DNA of 64,000 nt from Heterodontus francisci (Eukaryota): assembly GCF_036365525.1 (NCBI RefSeq), contig NC_090393.1:55814335-55878334 (forward strand), written 5' to 3'. Under the pieces are notes generated by a model. That model made no database searches and was not told the DNA's origin. It saw only the letters and a list, made by a program, of their open reading frames with translations. Made by a program: the position numbers and the translations under genes. Of the stretch, positions 26,111-39,366 are shown piece by piece. The first letter of the stretch is position 1, and the number at the start of each line of letters is the position of its first letter.

Positions 26111-26664
26111 AAGCCAAACCTCCCGTCAAACACCCCTTGTCCCAGCCCTGAACTCGCATTTGCTCTAATTTCTCTGACGTCACCCCTCATGCCCTCTTTA
26201 GGCTCATCTTGTCCATGAGACCCACCTCTGTAACCTTCTTGTTGTTCACTTGAGTGGTAACAAAAATAATCAGTGCTGAGAGGTTCCATATCTTCACTTC
26301 TTCCATCAGTGAGGAAATCAATTTACAAGCAGAGTGTTGTTAACAGATAGGATAACTTGAATGTAGGCATGCATACCTTCTTATGTCTGTCAGACAAAGG
26401 TAAAATGACAATTATGTACATTATTCTTATCAAGCTGAAACTTGCATTCTCATATATTAACTTCTTGCTTAACTCTGAATAAACTTCGCACAAGTTTACA
26501 TTTTTCTATCACCTATACACATCAACGACCGTCAACATTGTCAGCAGATCACGTAAGTCTAAATGTCTTTCTTTTGTTATTGTTTTGACTAGTTTACTAG
26601 CAAGACTTCAGGTCTCATTTCCAAGGCTGAACCTTTATCTTCTGACTTACTGTTGCTAGGCTAG

Positions 26665-27987
26665 GGTAAATGTAACAGGACAGAATGGGCAGCCAAGTGG
26701 CAGATGGAACAGAAGTGTGAGGTGATGAATTTTGGCAGAAGGAATGAGGGAAGGTCATGTAGACTTAATGGCACAGTCCTAAAGAGCATGCAGGGACAGA
26801 AGGACTTGGGGGTGCCTGTGCATAGATGTTTCAAGGTGGCAGGACATATTGAGAGAGTGGTCAGCAAAGCATTTGGGATCTTAGACTTCATAAATAGAGG
26901 TATTGAGTACAAAAACAGGGACGTTAAGCTGAACCTTTATAAAACTCTGGATAGGCCACAATTACAGTATTGCATCCAGTTCTGGTCACGGCACTTTAGG
27001 AAAGATGTGAGAGTCCTTGAGAGATTGCAGAGGAGGTTGACTAAAAGGGTTTTAGCTACAAGGTTAGGTTACAGAAGCTGGGGTTGTTCTCCTTGGAGTA
27101 AAGGAGATTGCAGAGAGATTTGATAGAGGTGAACAAGATTATGACAGGTTTAGATAAGGTAGATAAATAAAGACTGTTCCCATTAGCTGATGGTACAATG
27201 ACTAGGGGACACAGATTTAAGGTTTTGGGTAAGAGTTGCAGGGGGGATGTGAGGAAGAACATTTTTACGCAACGAGTGGTAATGACTTGGAACCCGCTGC
27301 CTATGAGAGTGGTGGAGGTCAAGACAATCAATGATTTCAAAAGGAAACTGGATGGGCACTTGAGGAGAGGCAGTGACATAAGGGGAGGTGGTGGCGTAGT
27401 GGTATTGTCACTGGGCTAGTAACCCAGAGACCCAGGGTATTTCTCTGGGGACAAGGGTTCAAATCCCACCACAGCAGAAGGAGGGATTTGAATTCAATTA
27501 ATAAATCTGGAATTAAAAAGCTAATCTAATGATGGTCATGAAACCATTGTGAATTGATGTAAAAACCCATCTGGTTCACTAATGTCCTTTAGGGAAGGAA
27601 ATCTGCTGTCCTTACCTGGTCTGGCCTACATGTGACTCCAGACCCACAGCAATGTGGTTGACTCTTACATGCCCTCTGAAATGGCCTAGCAAGCCACTGA
27701 GTTGTATCTAACCGCTACATAGTCAATAGCACTCTGGGTGTACCTACCCCACATGGACTGCGGTGGTTGAAGAAGGCAGCTCACCACCACCTTCTCAAGG
27801 GCAATTAGGGATGGGCAATAAATGCTGGCCTAGCCAGCGACACTCACATCCCATGCATGAATAATAAAAAAAAAATGTGCAGGGCTATGGAGATAGAGCA
27901 AGGGAATCGGATTGACTAGATTGCTCTATGGAGAGCTGGCATGGACTAGATGGGCTGAATAGCCTCCTTCTGGGCCGTAAATGACTC
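26665..27987 (+). mobile_element. CR1 3' portion interrupted by a SINE
   Basis: KCEVMNFGR..LYKTLDRPQLQYCIQFW; TRGHRFKV..NIFTQRVV; tail resumes at 27876. Confidence 0.9.
27370..27875 (+). mobile_element. Full-length tRNA-headed SINE, a bipartite derivative of the 21465-25950 LINE
   Basis: A box TGGCGTAGTGG (27392-27402), B box GGTTCAAATCC (27456-27466); body matches 22610-22800, tail matches 25808-25950; poly-A end. Confidence 0.85.
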
Positions 27988-27988
27988 T

Positions 27989-28748
27989 GGGCTGGATTTT
28001 ACAGGGCCCTCGATGCCGAGCTCCGTGGCAGTGGTGGGGGTGGAAAATCGTTTCAGCAGTGGCCCACCAAGAAGCCCGACGCTGGGGGTGGGGGGGGGGG
28101 GGCCGGGCCATTGGGTGTTGGGGCCTGCATTTAAATATGTTCATGAATAAAATGAATCTTACGGGCTCGCTCAATCTTCCGAGCAGCTGCCAGCACTCCC
28201 GCGCCTTCACGTTCTCATCTGGGGAAAGCAGGCATGACACAGGTGGGAAAAGGGGAGAACGTAAGATTTTTATGTACCGGGGGCGGGAGGGGGGGAGGGG
28301 GGGGGATGGTGGGGTAGGGGGTGGTGTGGCAGATGGGGTCAAATTACAATCATCAGTGTAGGGGATGGCAGGAAGGGGTGAACTGTGAACCTTGTACAGT
28401 CTGGGAGATGGGGGGAATGTCATATTTCAAAGGTATGTGTTTGGGTGGGGGGGAAGGGCAAATACTTAATGTTATTGTTATTGAGGGGGTGAAAGGGGCA
28501 ATAGAATTTTTATTGCAACAGTAGGGCGGGGGGGGGGGGGGTTGGTGGGGGGTTGTCTTTAAAAATTTAAATCAATTGGCAGGGCTGACTGCAGTTTAAA
28601 ATGGCACCAGTGCCTGTACAGAGGCAGCTGACCTCATTGCCAATGATGGAGAGCCCGCTCCCTCCATGTAATCAGGGGGGCAGGCCGACCCGGATATTTA
28701 AACGAGCCACCGCAATTGCCAGGAGCAGTGGTGGGCATTTAAAATCCA
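27989..28748. mobile_element. PIF/Harbinger-like MITE, same family as 21848-22593
   Basis: Left TIR gggctggattttac, degenerate right end taaaatcca, homologous interior. Confidence 0.7.
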
Positions 28749-28779
28749 TGATTCTAACTCTTATGATGAATTAAGAATC

Positions 28780-30810
28780 TACAGCTCTCTCAAACCTACT
28801 GCAACAGAATTACTGACCACCTAAATGTCCTTTCTGAGCCCCACTTTCCCTGATATTGTCAATGATTTCCTCATCCCAGATACTGTCCCCCTCCCCTTCA
28901 AATCTGCTGTCATCACCCCTTCCTTAAAAAAGACCCCGTGACCCTTCTGTCTTTGCAAACCTCTCTTTCTATTCCAGTTTCCTTGAACATGTTGTTGCCT
29001 CCCAAATGCATGTCCATCTTTCCTGTAACCCTATGCTTGAACCCTGTTCGTTTGGTTTCCACTCCTTCCACAGCACTGGAATGGCCATTATCAAAGTTAC
29101 AAATGATATCCTATGTGACTGTGATCATTGTAAACTATCTCTCCTCATCCTCCTTGACCTGTCTGCAGCCTTTGGCATGGTTGAACACATCCTCCTCCTT
29201 CAATGCCTTTCATCCATTGTCCAGCTGTCTGGGACTGCCCTTCACCTCGTTCCATTTCTATCTATCCAGTCATAGCCAGAGAATCACCTGCATGGCTTCT
29301 CTTGCTGTTCCTGCACCGTTACCTCACCATTCCCCAAAGATCCATCCCTGGCTCCCTCATGTTTCTCATCTACATGCTTCCCCTCAGTGATATCAGCAGA
29401 AAACATTACATCAGTTTTCACATGGATACTGACGATATCCAGCTCTACCTGTTCTGGCCCCTTTACTACCTTTGATTCATTGTGCTGCTTATCCGACAAC
29501 CTGTACTGGATAGCAGAAATTTCCTCCAGCTAAATATTGGGAAGACAAAGCTCATTGTCTTCAGCCTCCACCACAAACTCTAATCCCTAGCTACTGACTC
29601 CATCCCTCCCCCGGCAACTGTCTGAGGTTGAAACAGACCAATCACAACCTTGGCATCATACTTGACCCTGAGATGATCTTTGGACCCCATGCCCACATCA
29701 TCACCATGACCACCTACTTCCACTTCTATAACATCACCTATCTCCGCCTCTGCCTCAGCTGATCTGCTGCTTGTACCCTCATCACAGAATCAATACAGCA
29801 CAGAAGGAGGCCATTCGGCCTGTCGTGTCTGCGCCCACTCTCCGAAGGAGCAGTTTTCCGAGTGCCACTCCTCCGCCTACTTCCCATAGCAGATAACAAT
29901 CTAATTCCTTCTTGAATATGTCAATTGTACCTGTCTCCACTACAGTCTCAGGCAGTTCATTCCAGATCCTAACCACTTGCTACGTGAAAATGTTTTTCCT
30001 TATGTCGCCATTGCTTTTTTTGCCAATTAGCTTAAATCTGTGCTCTCTTGTTCTTGATTCTTCCACCAATGGGAGCAATTTTTCCCTATCTACTCTGTCC
30101 AGACACCTAATGATTTTGAATACCTTTGTCAAATCTGCTCTCAACCTTCTCTTCCCTAGAGAAAACTGTCCCAACCTCTGCAATCTATCTACATAACTGA
30201 ATTTCCATTTTCGTGAACCTTTTCTGTATCTCTAATGACTTCACAGCCTTCCGAAAGTGTGGCACATAAAACTGGGCACAATACTCTAGTTGAGGCCGAA
30301 CCAGCGTTTTACACATGTTTAACATAACTTCCTTGTTTTTGTACTACAAGCCCCTATTAATAAAGTCTAGAATATTGTACACCCATTTTACTAGCTGTCT
30401 TATGTTCTTTTGAAGTTTCACACTATCATAGAATCATAGAATAGAATCATAGAAAGTTTACAGCACAGAAAGAGGCCACTTGGCCCATCGTTTCTGTGCC
30501 TCCTCACAGTTCACAATACTTCCAAGTTTCATATTATCTGAAAATTTTGAGATTGTGCCCTGTACACCAAGATCTAGTCATTAATAGATACCAGGAAGAG
30601 CAAGGGTCCTAACACTGATCCCTGGGATACTCCACTACAAACATTCCTCCAGTCTGTCAAACTTCCATTAACCACTACTCTGTTTCCTGTCCCTCAGCCA
30701 ATTTCATATTCACCCCTCATCCACCCCTCTGTTACATCTAGACTTGACTATTCCAAAGCTCTCCTGGCCAGACATCCATCTTCCACCCTCCATAAACTTG
30801 AACTCTTTTC
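28780..30810 (+). mobile_element. L2 LINE relic (RT region), split by CR1 insertions
   Basis: VTNDIL...LLILLDLSAAF, FLIYMLPL..I..FHMDTDDIQLY; resumes at ~30712. Confidence 0.8.
29783..30712 (-). mobile_element. CR1 3' fragments (two or more, nested)
   Basis: FSLGKRRLRADL..KNIFT ORFs; second tail (atagaatc)n at 30428. Confidence 0.8.
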
Positions 30811-31157
30811 AGTCTAAAATAGTTATGACTTACTTTTTCCTCTGAACGATAATCCTCCAGTTCCATTCCATTCTTTAGACAAAAGATCATTTGGTGGCAG
30901 CGAGTTTGGACAATGGCAACGAAGCCCAATCCTCCTTTATTTGATGTTTACAAGAACAAGGAGAGAAGAAAAAATGGGGAAAAAAAGGGATATTCAGCTT
31001 GTTGAGCTTGTTCCTTCTGCAGACCCTGAAGACCATGCACTAACTGCTACAATGTGGATGGTACTCAACCCACTTAATCTGAGCAAAGGTTCTTAGAACT
31101 TTCACCCTAACCTATTGCAGCAAATCAAGTAAAACAACAAAAGACCAATTTCCTTCT

Positions 31158-33440
31158 TAGAAACATAGAAACATAGAAAATAGGAGCAGGAGTAGGCCAT
31201 TTGGCCCTTCAAGCCTGCTACGCCATTCATTATGATCATGGCTGATCAACCAACTCAGTAACCTGTTCCCGCTTTTGCCCCATATCCTTTGATCCCTTTA
31301 AACCCAAGAACTATATCTAACTCCTTCTTGAAAACATACAATGTTTTGGCCTCAACTGCTTTCTGTGGTAGCGAATTCCACAGGCTCACCGCTCCCTGGG
31401 TGAAGAAATTTCTCTTTATCTCAGTCCTGAATGGTTTACCCCATATCCTTAGACTATGACCCCTGGTTCTGGACTCCCCCACCATCGGGAATATCCTTTC
31501 TGCATCTACCCTGTCAAGTCCTGTTGTCCCGCCATCACAGGAATCAGTCTGGTAAACCTTCGATGCACTCCCTCTATAGCATGAACATCCTTCCTCAGGC
31601 AAGAAGACCAAAACTGCACACAATATTCCAGGTGTGGCCTCACCAAGGCCCTGTATATTTACAGCAAGACATCCCTGCTTCTGTACTTCAATCCTCTTGC
31701 TATGAAGGCCAACATACCATTTGCCTTTTTTACCGCCTGTTGGACCTGCATGCTTACCTTCAGTGACTGGTGTACAAGAACACCCAGGTCTCATTGCAGA
31801 TTCCCTCTCTCAGTTTATAGCCATTCAGATAATAATCTGCTTTCCTGTTTTTGCTACCAAAGTGGATAACCTCACATTTATCCACATTATACTGCATCAG
31901 CCATGCATTAGCCCACTCACTCAACTTGTCCGAATCACCCTGAAGCCTCTCTGCATCCTCCTCACAACTCACCCTCCCACCCAGTTTTGTGTCATCTGCA
32001 AATTTGGAGATATTACATTTAGTTCCCTCATCTAAATCATTAATGTATATTGTGAATAGCTGCGGTCCTAGCACTGATCCTTGCGGTACCCCACTAGTCA
32101 CTGCCTGCCATTTGGAAAAAGACCCATTTATCCCTACTCTTTGTTTCCTGTCTGCCAACCAATTTTCTATCCATCGCAATACACAACCTCCAATCCCATG
32201 TGTTTTAATTTTACATGCTAATCTCTTATGTGGGACTTTGTTGAAAGCCTTCTGAAAGTCCAACTAAACCACATCCACTGGCTTCCCCTCATCAACTCTA
32301 CTAGTTACATCTTTGAAGAATTCTATTGATTTGTCAAGCATGATTTCCCTTTTGTAAATCTGTGCTGACTCTGTCCGATTGTACCACTGTTCTCTAAGTG
32401 CTCTGCTATAAAATCTTTGATAATGGACTCTAGAATTTTCCCCACTACTGACGTCAGGCTGACTGGTCTATAATTCTCTGCTTTCTCTCTATCTCCCTTT
32501 TTAAATAGTGGGGTTACATTAGCTACCCTCCAATCTGTAGGAACTGTTCCAGAGTCTATAGAATCTTGGAAGATGACCGCCAATGCATCCACTATTTCTA
32601 GGGCCACTTCCTTAAGTACACTGGGATGCAGACCACCAGACCCTGCGGATTTATCGGCCTTCAATCCCATCAATTTCCCCAACACCGTTTCTCTACTCAT
32701 ACTGATTTCTTTCAGTTCCTCTCTCTCACTAAACCCTGTGTTTCCCAACATTTCTTGTATGATATTTGTGTCCTCCTTCATGAAGACAGAACCAAAGTAT
32801 GCATTTAGTTGATCAGCCATTTCTTTGTTCCCCATAATAAATTCCCCTGTTTCTGCCTGTAAGGGACCTACATATGTCTTCACTGATCTTTTTCTCTTCA
32901 CATACCTATAGAAACTTTTACAGTCAGTTTTTATGTTCCCCGCAAGCTTGCTCTCGTACTCTATTTTCCCCTTAATCAGTCCCTTGATCCTCCTTTGCTG
33001 AATTCTAAACTACTCCCAATCCTCAGGTCTGTTGTTTTTTCTGACAAATTTACATGCCTCTTCCTTGGATCTCATGCTATCTCTAATTTCCCTTGCAAGC
33101 CATGGTTTGGCTACCTTTCCCATTTTACTTTTGCGCCAGACAGGAATAAACAATTGTTGCAGTTCATCCATGCTCTCTTTGAATATTTGCCATTGCCTTT
33201 CCACCGTCATCCCTTTAAGTGACGTTTCCCAATCCATCATAGCCAATTCGCGCCTCATAGCTTCGTAGTTTCCTTTCCTAAGATTCAGGACCCTAGTCTC
33301 AGAATCAACTACGTCACTCTCCATCTTAATGAAGAATTCTATCATATTATGGTTGCTCATCCCCAAGGGATCTTGCACAACTATATTGTCAATTATTCCT
33401 CTCTCATTACACAATACCCAGTCTAGGATGGCCTGTTCCA
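31158..33440 (-). mobile_element. 5'-truncated CR1 ORF2 copy
   Basis: [41 protein letters not shown]; (tagaaaca)n tail. Confidence 0.95.
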
Positions 33441-34221
33441 TTGCATTATTCTTGGGCAACTTTTTGGCATAAAAATACTTAATTGCTGTTAAGTGCACTG
33501 AGACATCCTGAGGTTATGAAAGGTGCTAGATACATGAAAGATGTTTATTTCTTCTTTAAATTTCTGTGGTCTCTACAACTCAGAAACTATCATTTTCCAC
33601 ACACCATTTAACCACTTCTACCTTTACTATCCTTACAGTCCTTATTTTCATTTCTAATCATGTATTCTTCAAAATCTTTTCATAAAGATTAACAATTTTT
33701 ACATTTAACCAATGCAGCATTGCGTTCTTTATCAAGGTTTATTCCTTAAAACAGGGCGAGCATAAAATTGTCATTGTGGACTGGCCGTACATTATAGAAG
33801 ACTCTCAATTTTCATTTCAGTTCAAATCAATGCTAGTTTTATATCCAGGAGGCACGCTGAAAATTTATCCCATCCACTGCTCTGTGGGCATCAAATTCTC
33901 CTAATTTCTGTGCTTCTTAAATTTTGCTAATTTATATTTAAGTACTATTTGCTACAGTATGCTTTCTTCTCTGCATTAAACAAAGCATGGCTCATTGGTC
34001 CTTTGATTACTGGCTTCAGAAAAGACAATGCTTTCCAATGATCCCTCTGCAATGCATCAAAGACCTTTTGATGCTGGGTGTCCAAACTAGCACACAATAT
34101 TCCAAACATGGCCTCCTCAATAACCTAGATAATTAGAGACTTACAGACTATTACTAACTTTGGGAATTTCAGGAAATTGGAAAATCTACTTCCAGGTGAC
34201 CTAATGGAAGATCTCAAAATT

Positions 34222-35025
34222 ATAGAGTCATGGAGTCATAGAGTCATTTACGGCACAGAAGAGGCCATTCAGCTGATCAAGTCCATGTTGGCTCTCCACG
34301 GAACTATGCTGTCAGTCCCACTCCCCAGCTCGATCCCCATAGCCCTGCCAGTCTATTTCTCTCAGGTGCTCATCCAACTTTCTCTTGAAGTCATTGATCA
34401 TCTTTGCTTCCATTACCCTTGTGGGCATCGAGTTCCATGTCATTACCATCCCCTGCGTAAAAAAGTGCTTCCTCATATTCCCCCTGCATCTTTCACACAA
34501 AACTTTCAACCTGTGTGCCTTAGTCCTGTGCCATTTGTTAATTGGAACAGTTTTTCCTTGTCTAAATTATCTAATCCTGTCATAATCTTGTACACTTAAA
34601 TTAAATTTCCCCTCAATCTCCATTGTTCTAAGGAGAACAAACCTAGTTTTTCCAACCTAACCTTGTAACTAAAATCCTTCATCCCTGGAACCATTCTGAT
34701 AAATCTCCTCTGCACCCCCTCAAGGACCCTCACATCCTTCCTGAAGTGTGGTGTCCAGAACTGGATGCAATACTCCAGTTGGGGCCTAACCAGAGCTTTA
34801 CAGAAGTTCAGCATAACTTCTCTGTTTTTGTGTTCAATGCCTCTATTTATGAAGCCCAAGATCCCATATGCTTTAGTAACTACTCCCTCAATAGATCCTG
34901 CCACCTTCAAAAATCTAGGCACAATCACTCCCAGGTCTCTCTGTTCCTGCACACTCTTTAGGACTGTGATATTAAATATATATTGTCTCTCCCTCTTCCT
35001 TCTACCAAAATGCATCACCTCACAG
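34222..35025 (-). mobile_element. CR1 3' portion
   Basis: MHFGRR..QRDLGV..LVRPQLEYCIQFW. Confidence 0.9.
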
Positions 35026-35028
35026 TTG

Positions 35029-35930
35029 TGTTACGACCAGGTGAGGAAGGGGTCTCAGGCTCCCCTCTTGCTCCTTATCTGGTTTGGCCATAATAGGGTT
35101 TCTCTTTTAAAACACAGTGGTTTTAGCTTACCACCTCAGTGAGCCCTTTCTCACTACACTCTCATTACAATTGCAAATGAACCAATCAGACAGGTTTTCT
35201 TAGGTTTAAACAAGAAAGATGTAAGTTTATTAGCCTTATCATTCTAACCCAGTTAAAATTATTAAAATACGTGATGCAACCATGCTCACATGAGAGGCAC
35301 ATACACACAAATAGATACAGAGTGGAAGAAATAATTAGTGTGTGGGGGTGGGGGGCGGGGCGGGTGGGGTTGAAGTAGAATTTTTAATAAACGGAATACA
35401 GGTACTGCTCTTAGTGTCCTTGCAGTAATGTCCTTGATTGAAGTGAAAATCCTGGAGTTCTCACTGGGGGCGGGTACACAAATCTAGACTTGCTTCTTTG
35501 GTACCAGAAGGCTGAAGTGGGGCTTTGTCTGTAGTCTTGAAGTTTAGTCTGCCATCTGTGGGTTCCCTGAGACTTTGCTAGAGAGAAAGACAGAGAGAGA
35601 GAGACATTTCTTCTGCCAGTCCAGTTGTAGTCTGTTTCCTTTCTGAAGCACAATTCAAAAAACCCCAGTGTGACCATCTCTTTCTTTGAAACAGCAGCTT
35701 CTTGGAAGGTTGTTGGATTTCAAAGCCTTCCAGACACACTTGGTGGGGGGTGGAGTTCTGGCTTTTACGAAGTCAACGGATGTTGATCACCTCTATTACC
35801 CAGACCAATCTTGCTAATTGAATCAAGGAGCACCCCCCACTATCTCTCCAGTCATGTCTCTCAGCCAGCCGTTTCCTCTCAGAAGCTCCTGACATGGTAA
35901 TTAGGAAGACATTTTCCCGTTTCAGTGACA
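35029..35930. mobile_element. LTR-like element (probable solo LTR)
   Basis: TGTTACGAC...GTGACA ends; interior resembles 13636-14513; no matching TSD. Confidence 0.55.
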
Positions 35931-35959
35931 AGGGATCACCAATAAAAATTGTCACTAAG

Positions 35960-36306
35960 GACTGCGATGTGGGAAGTTAGGTGATCAAAATTATGGATGC
36001 TTTTGACAGAGTAAATAGGAGGAAGCTGTTCCCACTTGCCGGAGGCTCGAAAACTAAAGGATTGAAGATTATTGGCAAAAGAACCAGGGACAGTGAATTG
36101 CGATGATCTGGAATGCATTGCCTGAAATGGTGGTGGAAGCAGATTCAATCAGAACATTCAAAATGGGCCTAGATAAATACTTGAAAAGGAAAGGTTTGCA
36201 GACCTAGGGGAAAAGAACAGGGGAATGGGAACAACTGGATAGCCCTTTCAAAGAGGTACCACAACCCAATGGGTTGAATTGTGCTGTAACATTCTATGAT
36301 TCTATG
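35960..36306 (+). mobile_element. Old CR1 3' fragment
   Basis: gctgttcccacttg...ctgtaacattctatgattctatg tail. Confidence 0.7.
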
Positions 36307-37029
36307 AGGAGAAAACAAAATAGGGGGATTTAAGCATGGATTACTCTAGCAAAAGTGGGCCCTACTCTTTCTCTGGTTATCCTCTTGCTCTTAATATACT
36401 TATGAAATGCCTTGGGATTTTACTTTATCTTGCCCGCCAGTGTTTTTTCATGCCCCCTCTTAGCTCTCCTAATTACTTTTTTAAGTACCACCCTGCACTT
36501 TCTATACTCCTCGAGGGCCTCTGCTATTTTCAGCCCTCTGAATCTGCCATAAGCCTCCACTATTTTTCCTTATCCAATCCTCTATACCCCTTGACATCCA
36601 TGGTTCCCTGGACATATTAGTCCTACCCTTTACCTTTACGGGAACATGTTGGCCCTGACCTCTCGCTATTTCCTTTTTGAATGACCCCCACTGGTTTGAT
36701 GTAGACTTTTCTACAAGTAGCCGCTTTCAGTCCACTTTGACCAGATCCTGTTTTATCACATTGAAATTGGCCTTCCCCAATTCAGTACCTTTATTTCCGG
36801 TCTGTCTTTGTCCTTTTCCATAACTAACTTAAATCTTGCAGAGTTATTGTTACTATCCCCTAAATACTCCCCCACTTCCACTTGTCTGGCTTCATTCCCT
36901 AAGATTAGGTCCAGTACCACCCCTTCTCTTGTAGGACTTTCTACGTGCTGGCTCAAAAAGCTCTCCTGTATGTACTTTAAGAATTCGACCCTCTTTATGC
37001 CTTTTGCACTAAGACTATCCCAGTTAATA

Positions 37030-37704
37030 AATAAAAGCAGATTGGGTGACTGCTTTGCAGAACACCTCCACTCAGTCCAAAAGCAGGACCCCGAGCTGCC
37101 AGTTGCTGGCCATTTCAACACCCCCCATCCCTGCTCTCATGCCCAAATCTCTGTCCTGGGATTGCTGCATAGTTCCAGTGAACATCAACGCAAGCTTGAG
37201 GAACAGCACCTCATTTATCGATTAGGCACACTACAGCCTGCTGGGCTGAACATTGAGTTCAATAATTTCAGAGCATGATAGGCCCCCCTTTTTATTTTTA
37301 GTTATTTTTTCTTTTATCTTTTTTATTTGTTTATTTTAGTTTAGTTTGTTTCCACTTTGCCTACTCACTGTTCTTTTCATGTTTGTGATTGGGGCCAGGG
37401 CTGTTCATTTTTCTGTCAATTAACACCTTCTTGTACTAACACTTTGTTTTTCAGCACACCATTAACATACCATTTGCCTTCGCTCCATGACGTTCTGGTC
37501 AGTTATTCTCTGTGACCTTGTCCTGTCAATGCCTTCTCCTTTGTTATCTCTTGCCCCACCTCACTTTACTTGCTTAAAACCTTTTACATTTCTAACATTT
37601 GCCAGTTCTGATGAAGGGTCACTGGCCTGAAATGTTAACTCTGCTTCTCTCTCCACAGATGCTGCCAGACCTGCTGAGTATTTCCAGCATTTCTTGATTT
37701 TATT
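37030..37704 (+). mobile_element. 5'-truncated Penelope-like element (end of GIY-YIG domain, 3' UTR, hammerhead motif)
   Basis: RLGDCFAEHL..PVAGHFN..RKLEEQHLIYRLGTLQPAGLN; perfect 14-bp TSD tatcccagttaata. Confidence 0.9.
37602..37645 (+). ncRNA. Putative minimal type-I hammerhead ribozyme
   Basis: AGUU-CUGAUGA-A-GGGUC/ACU/GGCCU-GAAA-UG-UU-AACU: both core boxes, stem II, 4-bp stem I. Confidence 0.6.
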
Positions 37705-38234
37705 TATCCCAGTTAATATTGGGGAAGTTGAAATCCCCTACTGTTATTATCCTATTACTTTTACACCTCCCAGATTTGCCGACATATCTGCTCTTCTATC
37801 TCTCCCTGACTGTTTGAAGGCCTGTAGTACATGCCCAGCAAAGTGATTGCCCCCCTTTTTGTTTTTAAGTTCTCCCCAAAGAGCCTCATTTGAGGAACCT
37901 TCTAAGATATCATCCCTCCTTACTGCAGTAATTGACTCCGAGATTAACAGTGCAATGCCACCTCCTCTTTACACCTCCCCCCCCCCACCCCCCCCTCACG
38001 CCTGTCATGCCTGAAGATTCTATACCCTGGAATATTGAGCTGCCAGTCCTGCCCTTCCCTCAACCATATCTCTGTGACAGCAATAATATGATATTCCCAT
38101 GTGTTAATCAAAGCCCTCAATTCATCTGCCTTACTTGTAAGACTCCTTGTGTTAAAATAGTTGAATCCAGCCCTGCATTATTTGCTTGTGCTTGAACAGG
38201 TCTATATTTGCTCTGACTTCCAGAGTGACTTAGT

Positions 38235-38986
38235 TAATCCACTTTGGCAGGAAGAATAAAAAAGCATATTATCTAAATGATGAGACATTGCAGAGCTCTG
38301 AGATGCAGAGGGATCTGGGTGTTCTAGTGCATGAATCGCAAAAGGTTAGTATGGAGGTACAGCAAGTAATTAGGAAAGTGAATAGAATGTTATCGTTTAT
38401 CTTGAGGGGAATTGAATACAAAAGTAGGGAGGTTATGCTTCAGCTATACAGGGCATTGGTGAGATGACATCTGGAGTACTGTGTACAGTACTGGTCTCCT
38501 TATTTAAGGAAGGATGTAAATGCGTTGGAGGCAGTACAGGGGAAGTTTACTAGACTAATACCTGGAATGGGCGGGCTGTCTTATGAGGAAAGGTTGAACA
38601 GACTAGGCTTGTATCCGCTGGAATTTAGAAAAGTAAGAGGTGACCTGATTGAAACATATAAGATCCTGAGGGGTCTTGACAGGGTGGATGTGGAAAGGAT
38701 GTTTCCCCCTTGTGGGAGAATCTACAACTAGGGGTCACTGTTTAAAAATAAGGGATCACCCATTTAAGGCAGAGATGAGAATTTTTTTCTCTCAAAGGGT
38801 TGTGAGTCTTTGGAATTCTCGTCCTCAAAAGGCGGTGGAAGCAAAATCATTGAATATTTTTAAGGCAGAGGTAGTTAGATTCTTCGTAAGCAAGCGGTTG
38901 GAAAGTTATCGGGGGTAGGTGGAAATGGGAGCAGGCTCGATGGGCCGAGTGGCCTTCTCCTGCTCCTAATTCGTATGTTCGTATGT
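38235..38986 (+). mobile_element. CR1 3' portion just downstream of the IgL C exon
   Basis: GLSYEERLNRLGLY..RGDLIETYKIL; tail tcgtatgttcgtatgt. Confidence 0.9.
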
Positions 38987-39366
38987 AAATTAATTTCAAA
39001 CGTTTGTCTAGAAAGTCACTCTGCGTCGAATTAAATATGAATTTTAAAGTTGTAATTGATGGCTAGCTTTTTGCAATTTATATCAAAGAATTTCGTACTA
39101 AAGTGAAATGCTCACAGGCGGTGGCTTCAGAAAAATTACTGTCCATTTTTGTTTAAAAAAAGCTGACAAATTCACCACAGCAGCGAATGAAATGTGACTG
39201 TATTCAGCAATATTTTAAATCGGTAATGCAGAAGCCATGTCCGATACATTGAAGAAACCAGTTATAAGATCACAGACAAAGAGAAAAAAAAACGAACTCG
39301 TATTAATTGTCCCCCTGCCTTTTGTTCGATACCAGACTTTGCACCGAATAAGGCGGGTTTCCTCTT

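Larger units (their letters stand above)
36355..38200 (-). mobile_element. CR1 ORF2 EN-region fragment hosting a Penelope insertion
   Basis: PTREGVVLDLILGNE..VLNWG. Confidence 0.8.

Noticed and set aside
27385-27470. tRNA gene
   Set aside because: A and B boxes belong to a SINE head; no convincing cloverleaf, and it continues into the SINE body
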